Positions 22,601-29,828 of a stretch of 29,828 nucleotides of DNA are shown here, piece by piece. The stretch is taken from the NCBI GenBank assembly GCA_018609785.1, contig JAHEOE010000071.1:1-29828 (forward strand). The letters are read 5' to 3'. The notes beneath the pieces are model-generated. The model had not been told where the DNA came from and did not search any database. It saw nothing but the letters and a program-made list of their open reading frames with translations. Position 1 is the first letter of the stretch. Each line of letters begins with the position of its first letter. The stretch comes from Minisyncoccota bacterium. GTDB lineage: Bacteria > Patescibacteriota > Minisyncoccia > SW-4-49-11. The position numbers and the translations under genes are program-made.

Positions 22601-24106
22601 ATGGATGAGACGCGTACATGGTACGTAACCACTCCTATTTATTACGTCAATGATAAGCCTCATATCGGGCACTTTTACACGACCATAGTGGGAGATGTGG
22701 TAGCTCGGTATGCGCGAAAGCGGAATGTGGATACGTTTTTTTTAACGGGAACGGATGAACATGGGGACAAAGTTGCCGGTAAAGCGCGCGAATCCGGATA
22801 TGAGCCTCAACAGTTTGTGGACGCAAACGCTCGTCAGTTTATGGAAGCCTGGGAGACTTTGGATATCTCTTACGACTATTTTATTCGGACCACTGATACG
22901 ACGCACGAACGGTTTGTGCAATGGTTTCTTGAGTGTTTGAAAGAAAACGGCGCGCTTTATGAATCCGATTATGAGGGACTTTACTGTGTTGGAGCGGAAT
23001 CGTTTGTCACACAAAGCGACTTGCGAGAAGGAGGCTTATGTCCGGATCATGATGAGGAACCTCAGGTGTTGAAAGAACGAAGTTGGTTTTTCTCTTTGTC
23101 TCAGTACAAGGACAGAGTGTATGAGTTGGTGAAGAATGATCACATTCTGGTGATCCCTGAGACACGGAAGAATGAGACCTTGGAACTTCTCAAAAATCCG
23201 GAAATGGGGGATATGGCCATTACTCGAGATCGGGTGGAGTGGGGAGTGCAAGCGCCGTTTGACACCCAGCAAACTGTGTATGTCTGGATTGATGCGCTTC
23301 TTAACTATATGTCCGGTCCCGTTATTGCATATGACATTCCCTTTGAGGGACGAGACGCGCGTGAAGTTCTTAACGACGTGGCTCATGTCTGGCCGCCGGA
23401 TGTGCAAACATTGGGCAAAGATATTCTTAAGTTTCATACCGTTCTGTGGCCGGCTATGCTTCTGGCATTGGGGTGTCGAGAAGAAGAACTTCCTCAGACC
23501 TTTTTGATTAACGGCTTTTTGATTTCCGATGGAGAAAAGATGAGTAAAAGCAGAGGAAATGTAATCGATCCGTTGGAGATACATCGGACGTATTCTGACC
23601 TATTGGGGAGCGAACGCGGCTCGGAAGTGTTACGATACTTCCTGCTTGAAGAATTTGCGTTTGGGACGGATGGAGATATAACACCTCAAAAATTGGAAGA
23701 TCGGTATACCCAGCATCTTGTAAATGGTGTCGGAAATACCACTCGTCGGGTGACAAGTATGGCTCGTAAATATGATTTGGAGATTGACCGGGTATCATAT
23801 CAAAAGCTTTCCAATACTTTGCGGGACACATATTACGGATACATGGAAGAGTATGAATTTCAATCCGCGATCCGATACTTGGGACATTGTCTGGAGGAAA
23901 TTGATCGCGGTATAGAGACTGTCAAGCCATGGGAATTGAATAAATCGGGAGATAAAAAAACACTCGTAAAGGAGATGTCCAAATGGTATGCGACACTGCA
24001 TTTCATTGCCGATGCGCTTATGCCGATCATGCCACAAAGCGCGCGGTTGCTTCGTGAGCAATTAGATGGTTCGGATCTTTTGTTATTTCCCAAAATAGAA
24101 CGCTAA
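22601..24106 (+). CDS. metG: Methionine--tRNA ligase (short form)
   Basis: TTPIYYVNDKPHIGH, TGTDEHG, YVWIDAL.NY, GKDI.KFH...WPA, KMSKS.GN. Confidence 0.97.
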   Translation: MDETRTWYVTTPIYYVNDKPHIGHFYTTIVGDVVARYARKRNVDTFFLTGTDEHGDKVAGKARESGYEPQQFVDANARQFMEAWETLDISYDYFIRTTDTTHERFVQWFLECLKENGALYESDYEGLYCVGAESFVTQSDLREGGLCPDHDEEPQVLKERSWFFSLSQYKDRVYELVKNDHILVIPETRKNETLELLKNPEMGDMAITRDRVEWGVQAPFDTQQTVYVWIDALLNYMSGPVIAYDIPFEGRDAREVLNDVAHVWPPDVQTLGKDILKFHTVLWPAMLLALGCREEELPQTFLINGFLISDGEKMSKSRGNVIDPLEIHRTYSDLLGSERGSEVLRYFLLEEFAFGTDGDITPQKLEDRYTQHLVNGVGNTTRRVTSMARKYDLEIDRVSYQKLSNTLRDTYYGYMEEYEFQSAIRYLGHCLEEIDRGIETVKPWELNKSGDKKTLVKEMSKWYATLHFIADALMPIMPQSARLLREQLDGSDLLLFPKIER

Positions 24107-24116
24107 CAGACAGAAC

Positions 24117-25304
24117 ATGTCTCTTATTGAATCATTAACGTTGGTGCTTACCGGTGGCTGGGAAATTCTCAAGGTTGTCGCCGAACTTTGGTGGATATGG
24201 ATTCCGATATTACTTACGTTGGTGTTTATCAATTTATGGGAAGAATACGTAATAGAGCGTTATATTATCAACAATTGGGAGTGGGTAACGCTAGAAGTGG
24301 CTTTACAGCCGGAAGTGGAAAAGAGCCAGAGAGCTATGGAACAGGTGATTACTGCTATGCACGGAGCTTTTTCTTCAATTGATCTGTGGCAGCATTGGTG
24401 GGACGGAGAAATTCCCGAGCACTTTGGTCTGGAAATTGTTAGCAGAGGAGGAGATGTTCATTTTATTATTCATACGTTACGCGATAACTTGGATTTGGTA
24501 AAAAGCGCGGTGTATAGTCAGTTTCCGGATGTGGAAATCTTTGAGATCGAGGATTACAGTAAAGAATACACCCATGAAGATCTGGAGCGTACGTATGATC
24601 TTTGGGGGACGGATTTTACGTTGGCCAAACAGGAGTCTTACCCCATTCGCACCTATCCGGAGTTTTCCGAAAAAGAAGCTCCCGGCGTAGAAGTTGATCC
24701 GTTGGGACAGATTACGGAAGGCATGGCTTCTCTCGGACCCGGGGAAGAGTTGTGGTTGCAAATCCCCATTCGTCCTTCCGATGATTCTTGGACGAAGAAA
24801 GGGCAAGAGGAAATTGATAGTATTTTGGGGTCTACCGATACCGATGAACAGGGGAACACTTCAGCGGTTCAACGTCTGACTCCGGGGCAGACCGAGCAGA
24901 TTAAAGGAATCGAACGTAAAATTGCGAAAGTGGGGTTTCAGTGTAAATTACGGTTGGTGTACTTAGCTGAAATCGATAAAATGAATAAGTCTCATATCAG
25001 TCCCATTGCGGGAGGAATAGATCAGTTCGGAGATAACACTTTGAATGGGTTCAAACCGGACTCGGCCACAAAGACATCGGTTGATTTATGGCGTAAACAG
25101 AATGTGATTCGGCGTTTTCGCAAGCATATCATGCTTAATAATTATCAAAAGCGAAAGTTAAATAATAATACGTTTCACCTTAACGCAGAGGAATTGGCTA
25201 CGATTTTCCACTTTCCCGGAGAACACGTAACCACAACCGCACTTCATCGAGTACAGTCCAAGAAAACCAGTCCGCCTTCGAGCTTACCCGGTATGGAGGA
25301 GTAG
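24117..25304 (+). CDS. Membrane-anchored hypothetical protein, probable partner of the downstream VirD4/HerA-like ATPase
   Basis: N-terminal hydrophobic segment; FGLEIVS..G.VHF, YSQFPDVEI.EIEDY, YPIRTY.EF, ELATIFHFP; co-oriented with the ATPase. Confidence 0.75.
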   Translation: MSLIESLTLVLTGGWEILKVVAELWWIWIPILLTLVFINLWEEYVIERYIINNWEWVTLEVALQPEVEKSQRAMEQVITAMHGAFSSIDLWQHWWDGEIPEHFGLEIVSRGGDVHFIIHTLRDNLDLVKSAVYSQFPDVEIFEIEDYSKEYTHEDLERTYDLWGTDFTLAKQESYPIRTYPEFSEKEAPGVEVDPLGQITEGMASLGPGEELWLQIPIRPSDDSWTKKGQEEIDSILGSTDTDEQGNTSAVQRLTPGQTEQIKGIERKIAKVGFQCKLRLVYLAEIDKMNKSHISPIAGGIDQFGDNTLNGFKPDSATKTSVDLWRKQNVIRRFRKHIMLNNYQKRKLNNNTFHLNAEELATIFHFPGEHVTTTALHRVQSKKTSPPSSLPGMEE

Positions 25305-25322
25305 AATGCAACTCAAATGTTC

Positions 25323-25498
25323 TAGAGTCCATCTCAAAAATATTCTTTCGGAATATCTATCATACGCATACGCATATGAAGACGACAGAGCGTATGAACG
25401 AATTTTGGGTATGGTAGGCCGTAGGCATTAAATGCCAGTGAATACGTCTCTGTCGCCTTCATATACTTCCACCTTCAATATTTTTGAGATGACCTCTA
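25323..25498 (-). mobile_element. MITE-like TIR-hairpin element, copy 3 (reverse orientation)
   Basis: TAgagtccatctcaaaa...ttttgagatgacctcTA; reverse complement nearly identical to copy 1 across stem and loop; catacg tandem duplication in the flank. Confidence 0.8.
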
Positions 25499-25527
25499 CA
25501 TTCGTATATTCATTACCTATTATCTCG

Positions 25528-25536
25528 TGATATAAT
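25528..25536 (+). promoter_or_regulatory. Extended -10 element 8 nt before the ATPase start
   Basis: TG-a-TATAAT at 25528-25536; ATG at 25545. Confidence 0.55.
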
Positions 25537-25544
25537 ATACGTAT

Positions 25545-28130
25545 ATGGCAGTGGACAATCATCCGGATGACGAATTAACCGTCATTGGAAGAACCAATTT
25601 TCATAACGCAAACAAAAAATTCGGGATCAAACTCGATGACCGGAGGCGGCATATGTATCTGATGGGGAAGACCGGTATGGGGAAAACGTCTCTTCTGTTG
25701 AATATGGCCGTTTCCGATATTCAAAAAGGACATGGCATGGCGTTTGTCGACCCGCACGGAGACGTATCCGAACGTTTACTGCATTATATCCCCGAAAGTC
25801 GGCTGGATGACGTCATTTATTTTAATCCCGCGGATCTTGAATATCCTATTGGCTTCAATCCCTTGGATAAAGTTGATTTCTCTCAACGACATATTGTTAC
25901 GGACGGATTGATCGGGGTGTTTCAAAAAATTTGGGCGGACTCGTGGGGACCGCGTTTGGCCTATATTTTGCGTAACTGTATTTTAACCCTCCTCGAATAT
26001 CCGGATACCACATTGCTGGATATTATGCGTATTCTCGTTGATAAGAATTGGCGTACGCAGGTGGTTCGTCATATTGAGGACCCGGTAGTCAAATCTTTTT
26101 GGGTTAATGAGTTTAATAACTACACCGAGCAGATGATGCGGGAAGCGATTTCTCCCATTCAGAACAAGGTCGGACAGTTTACCTCTTCCCCGTTGATCCG
26201 TAACATTATTGGCCAAAAAGAGTCCACGATTGATCTGAGAGAAATCATGGACAATCGTAAAATTTTGCTCTTGAACCTTTCAAAAGGAGCTATCGGAGAA
26301 GGAGGGTCCCAGTTGATCGGCGCTATGATGATTACCAAAATGCAGTTGGCCGCCATGAGCAGGGTCGAGATTCCGGAAAAAGAACGTCGGGATTTCTTTG
26401 CTTATATCGACGAGTTCCAAAACTTTTCAACCGATTCCTTTGCCGAAATTCTTTCCGAGGCTCGTAAGTACCGGTTGGGACTTATCTTGGCGCATCAGTA
26501 TATCCATCAGTTATCTGAAAATGTACAGGCGGCGGTCTTCGGGAACGTTGGTACGACCATTCTTTTCCGTGTGGGCGGACACGACTCCGAAGTTATGGAA
26601 AAGGAATTCGGACCGCGATTAACCGCTCAAGATTTAGTCAATTTGCCGAAGTGGAAAATTTACGTCAAACTCATGATTGATGGGGCGACAAGCCAACCCT
26701 TCAGCGCCAATACCATCCCCGATCCCGAACCGCCGGAGTTGGATCTGAGCGAGCAGGTGATTGAGATCTCGCGTAAGCGATATGGAATCCACAGAGACTA
26801 TGTAGGCATGGCCAAAGCCGATCAAGAACAGCAAGAACAAGAAGCAGAGGCTGAGAAAAAGAAAAATACGCAAAATCAGGAAAAAAGAGCATCGGACTCT
26901 CAAGAACCTTCGTCAAAAAATCGACATTCAAAGAATCAAGCTTCAGAAAGGAATACGGACAGGCAATCTCAAAAGAAAGATTCGCGACATAAGAATAACG
27001 CGCAGTCTTCTCAATCACAACGGAAATCAAAATCAGAAGAAAAGCGGTCCGGAAGTACACAGAGTTCGGCACGGTCAAATAGATCTCAAAGCAATCGTGA
27101 ACAAACGGACAGCTCAGACTTGTCATCAAACCCTTCCGCTCATACAGGGAAGGCGGAGCAGTCAAAATCAGCAGAACCTCAAAAAGATAAAGAAAAAGAA
27201 TCTCTATCAAACGAACAACCGTCACAAGCAGAGCCTGCTCAATCTCAGACAGAACAGGCCCCAACGAATGACCAAGAATCTGACGAACATACACAAGGAT
27301 CCGAGATAACGCAAACCGAATCTACAGGAGAGTCGGAACATAGTTCCGAAAGGGGAGGAAAAACCGAGGAAACCTCTTCTCAAGAGGAAATTTATAACCC
27401 TATTCTAGCTAAAAAACTGAAGGAACGTTATGCCAGGAGTACTACGCCTCTTGGGGAAACGGAGTATCTTTTAAAGGCGCATATTCAGGACCAAATCAAT
27501 GAACCGCCCGAAGAACGGCTGAGCTTTGAAGAACTTTTGCATCAGTTGGTATTGGAGGTGAAATCTGATTTTGAGGTAACCGATTTGCCTTCTTCTGAGG
27601 AAATGGAGGAACGAAAAATTGCGGCCTCGGGAGAAGAGAACGAAGAAAAGCAGTCGCAACCGGAAAAACCGGAGAAAGAAGAACCTTCTGAAGGTGCGGA
27701 TGATACCGAAGCTTCCGAGCCAGTCTCTCAAGAACAGGATACAGAAGAAGATAAGACAAGCTCCGGGACCCAGGAGCCCCCTTCTGATCAGAAATCCTCA
27801 TCCGAATCAATTCCCGAAAATCCGGAAGAACAGATACGTCAGTCTGAACCGGAACAATCGGATTCCCCGTCGGAAATGGACGTGGATATTGATATAGATT
27901 TGGAAAAGGAAAGTGAAGAAGCCGGTTCAGAGTCAATTGAATCGCCGGAAGGGGGTTCTCAAGAGCAAGAATCTTCATCCTCTTTAGAAGAGAGTATTAG
28001 TTCTTCCCTTGATGATGTGCTTTCGGAAATTGAAAATTCTGAGAATTCCTCTGAGGAGCAACCTTCTTCTCGACAGAAGGGACGGGGAAAACGAATTCAA
28101 CCGGGGCAAGTCGTGAAATTTCGCAAGTGA
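25545..28130 (+). CDS. VirD4/TraG/HerA-like P-loop ATPase (type IV coupling-protein-like) with ~430-aa low-complexity tail
   Basis: HMYLMGKTGMGKT Walker A, DPHGD, YIDEFQNF Walker B, SEARKYRLGLILAHQ, VFGNVGT..FRVG..D; tail rich in S/E/Q/K. Confidence 0.88.
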   Translation: MAVDNHPDDELTVIGRTNFHNANKKFGIKLDDRRRHMYLMGKTGMGKTSLLLNMAVSDIQKGHGMAFVDPHGDVSERLLHYIPESRLDDVIYFNPADLEYPIGFNPLDKVDFSQRHIVTDGLIGVFQKIWADSWGPRLAYILRNCILTLLEYPDTTLLDIMRILVDKNWRTQVVRHIEDPVVKSFWVNEFNNYTEQMMREAISPIQNKVGQFTSSPLIRNIIGQKESTIDLREIMDNRKILLLNLSKGAIGEGGSQLIGAMMITKMQLAAMSRVEIPEKERRDFFAYIDEFQNFSTDSFAEILSEARKYRLGLILAHQYIHQLSENVQAAVFGNVGTTILFRVGGHDSEVMEKEFGPRLTAQDLVNLPKWKIYVKLMIDGATSQPFSANTIPDPEPPELDLSEQVIEISRKRYGIHRDYVGMAKADQEQQEQEAEAEKKKNTQNQEKRASDSQEPSSKNRHSKNQASERNTDRQSQKKDSRHKNNAQSSQSQRKSKSEEKRSGSTQSSARSNRSQSNREQTDSSDLSSNPSAHTGKAEQSKSAEPQKDKEKESLSNEQPSQAEPAQSQTEQAPTNDQESDEHTQGSEITQTESTGESEHSSERGGKTEETSSQEEIYNPILAKKLKERYARSTTPLGETEYLLKAHIQDQINEPPEERLSFEELLHQLVLEVKSDFEVTDLPSSEEMEERKIAASGEENEEKQSQPEKPEKEEPSEGADDTEASEPVSQEQDTEEDKTSSGTQEPPSDQKSSSESIPENPEEQIRQSEPEQSDSPSEMDVDIDIDLEKESEEAGSESIESPEGGSQEQESSSSLEESISSSLDDVLSEIENSENSSEEQPSSRQKGRGKRIQPGQVVKFRK

Positions 28131-28149
28131 ATACTATGATTTATCCTTT

Positions 28150-28178
28150 TTGACGAGCGTCCCCAGATGCCGTATAAT
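28150..28178 (+). promoter_or_regulatory. sigma70 promoter of ftsZ
   Basis: TTGACG (28150-28155), 17 bp, TATAAT (28173-28178). Confidence 0.8.
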
Positions 28179-28201
28179 GGGAGCGAATCAACTTCCTCGA
28201 T

Positions 28202-29428
28202 ATGGAACATGTTAAACCCGATGTAGAAGCATTTGCCAAAATTAAAGTTATTGGTGTCGGCGGTGGCGGCTCAAATGCCGTTCAGCGTATGATTGATATG
28301 GGAATCGAGGGAGTGGACTTTCTTTCCATTAACACTGACGCGCAAGACCTCCATCATTCGCAAGCGACTCAGAAGGTTCATCTCGGGAAAAATTTAACTC
28401 GCGGATTGGGAGCGGGAATGGACCCCGATATCGGACGTAAAGCTTCGGAAGAGAGTAAAGAGGAAATTTATCAGGCCGTTTCCGGAGCGCACATGGTGTT
28501 CATTACGTGCGGGCTTGGAGGAGGAACCGGTTCGGGAGCGTCTCCCATAATTGCGGAAGCAGCCCGTGAGGCCGGAGCGTTGACCGTAGCCGTAGTCACC
28601 AAGCCGTTTACGTTTGAGGGAATTCAACGGAAAAAAATTGCTGAAGATTCTTATCAGCGTCTGAAAAAGCACGTAGATACTATAATCACCATTCCCAACG
28701 ATAAAATTCTGAATATTGTGGATCAGAACACGCCCATAACAGAGGCGTTTGCGATTGTGGATGATGTTCTTCGTCAGGGAGTCCAAGGTATTTCCGATCT
28801 GATTACCACACCCGGGCTTGTGAATGTGGACTTTGCCGATGTGAATGCGGTTATGAGTAATGCCGGTTCGGCTCTGATGGGGATTGGCTCTGCGAAAGGG
28901 GAAGGTCGAGCTACGTCCGCAGCCCGTATGGCCATTAACAGCCCGCTTTTGGATTTGGCCATTGAAGGCGCGCGTGGAGTGTTGTTTAATATCAGTGGCG
29001 GTTCCGATCTTTCCATGGCGGAAATGAACGAAGCCGCCAATGTAATTACCGAGTCGATTGATGAAGATGCGAAGGTGATTTTTGGAACCGTGGTTGATGA
29101 CTCGCTTGAAGAAGGAGAATTAAGAGTGACCGTCATTGCTACCGGTTTTGATCAACCGGAACCTATTCAGCCCGCTAAGAAAGTACGCGCGTTTGATGAA
29201 GAGCAAACCGATGACTCTGAAGAAGATGCTGAGCAAGGCGCGACCGATCCGTTGGCAGACGAAGACGACGAATCCGAGTCCAAATCGGAATCTGCGGCGG
29301 AAAATGAACAAACGGTTGAAGAGAATCATGCAGAATCTTCCGAGGAACAAACGGATCGGAAAAAAGACAGTGTCGAGGCTGAAGAAGATTACGATGTTCC
29401 CGCTTTTATTCGGAATAAATTAAAGTAA
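28202..29428 (+). CDS. ftsZ: Cell division protein FtsZ
   Basis: IKVIGVGGGGSNAV, GLGGGTGSG tubulin signature, NVDFADV, acidic linker, C-terminal YDVPAFIR peptide. Confidence 0.98.
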   Translation: MEHVKPDVEAFAKIKVIGVGGGGSNAVQRMIDMGIEGVDFLSINTDAQDLHHSQATQKVHLGKNLTRGLGAGMDPDIGRKASEESKEEIYQAVSGAHMVFITCGLGGGTGSGASPIIAEAAREAGALTVAVVTKPFTFEGIQRKKIAEDSYQRLKKHVDTIITIPNDKILNIVDQNTPITEAFAIVDDVLRQGVQGISDLITTPGLVNVDFADVNAVMSNAGSALMGIGSAKGEGRATSAARMAINSPLLDLAIEGARGVLFNISGGSDLSMAEMNEAANVITESIDEDAKVIFGTVVDDSLEEGELRVTVIATGFDQPEPIQPAKKVRAFDEEQTDDSEEDAEQGATDPLADEDDESESKSESAAENEQTVEENHAESSEEQTDRKKDSVEAEEDYDVPAFIRNKLK

Positions 29429-29433
29429 CCACT

Positions 29434-29508
29434 GACCCAGTCGTCTAGCCCGGTCCAGGACATCACCCTCTCACGGTGAAAACCGGGGTTCGAATCCCCG
29501 CTGGGTCA
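29434..29508 (+). tRNA. tRNA-Glu (CTC), CCA not encoded
   Basis: GACCCAG/CTGGGTC acceptor stem, TCACC-CTCTCAC-GGTGA anticodon arm, CGGGG-TTCGAAT-CCCCG T-arm; followed by A-CAA. Confidence 0.93.
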
Positions 29509-29582
29509 CAAGTCATAAAGAGTAAACATTTTGTATCCCAAGTGACATAATATACAATAAATAGATAACTAAGATAAAAAAT

Positions 29583-29828
29583 ATGAATTTTTGGCACAAA
29601 TCTCCTTCGAATGATGAAACTGAAGGCAATACCCCCTCTTTGGCTTCTTCTGAAAATATAACGTCTTTCAACGAGGTCATTACCGTGCCGAAACAAGCGC
29701 AACAGGTATGGAAGTCTTCTCAACCTCTTTCTCGTTTGCGTGATCAATGGGAAGGTCATGTGCACCAGACGAATGGAGAATATAAACTTGTGACCTCTGA
29801 AGAAGAGCCGAATGCGCATTTGACTACG
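29583..29828 (+). CDS. Hypothetical protein, 3'-truncated by window edge
   Basis: Open for 82 codons to the end of the window: MNFWHKSPSNDETEGNTPSLASSENITSFNEVITVPKQAQQVWKSSQPLSRLRDQWEGHVHQTNGEYKLVTSEEEPNAHLTT; AT-rich upstream region. Confidence 0.55.
   Translation, partial: MNFWHKSPSNDETEGNTPSLASSENITSFNEVITVPKQAQQVWKSSQPLSRLRDQWEGHVHQTNGEYKLVTSEEEPNAHLTT

Noticed and set aside
14782-25498. CRISPR array interpretation of the repeats
   Set aside because: Copies are dispersed over kilobases, have no regular unique spacers, and no cas genes are present.
25545-28130. Conjugative element / ICE
   Set aside because: No relaxase, VirB4, mating-pair genes or integrase; flanked by metG and ftsZ.
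1-29828. Alternative genetic code (TGA = Gly, code 25)
   Set aside because: Recognisable proteins are full-length without in-frame TGA, and several end at TGA where expected (250, 3417, 7774, 8946, 28130).

Overview
Core-genome segment of a small-genome bacterium, most consistent with Patescibacteria/CPR (Parcubacteria-like; inference from gene content). Standard code 11: genes end at TGA where expected. Gene order: partial GNAT, ddl with an 88-aa C-terminal extension, small membrane ORF, split comEC + MBL domain, TrmB-type regulator, short alaS, CTP-dependent dolichol/phytol-kinase-like protein, FtsA-like ATPase, bitopic protein, membrane protein, Hsp20, L10 leader-rplJ-rplL, wHTH/nucleotidyltransferase-fold protein, tRNA-Phe, RluD-like synthase. 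Then a minus-strand block (priA-def-fmt-gatC-gatA-HEPN-like), followed by greA, metG, a membrane protein + VirD4/HerA-like ATPase, ftsZ, tRNA-Glu(CTC) and a truncated orphan ORF. No CRISPR, integrase or transposase is visible. The most unusual signal is intergenic. There are four ~170-bp TA-flanked elements with terminal inverted repeats (TIRs) enclosing a long hairpin that shows compensatory base changes; one has its central loop inverted relative to its ends. There are also solo/degenerate TIRs, and a second modular repeat family (7-nt periodic tracts, a 23-bp unit, an 18-bp box and a 64-bp hairpin module) that is shuffled and flipped between three loci. All alignments and counts were done by hand; family assignments rest on motif recognition, not database searches.
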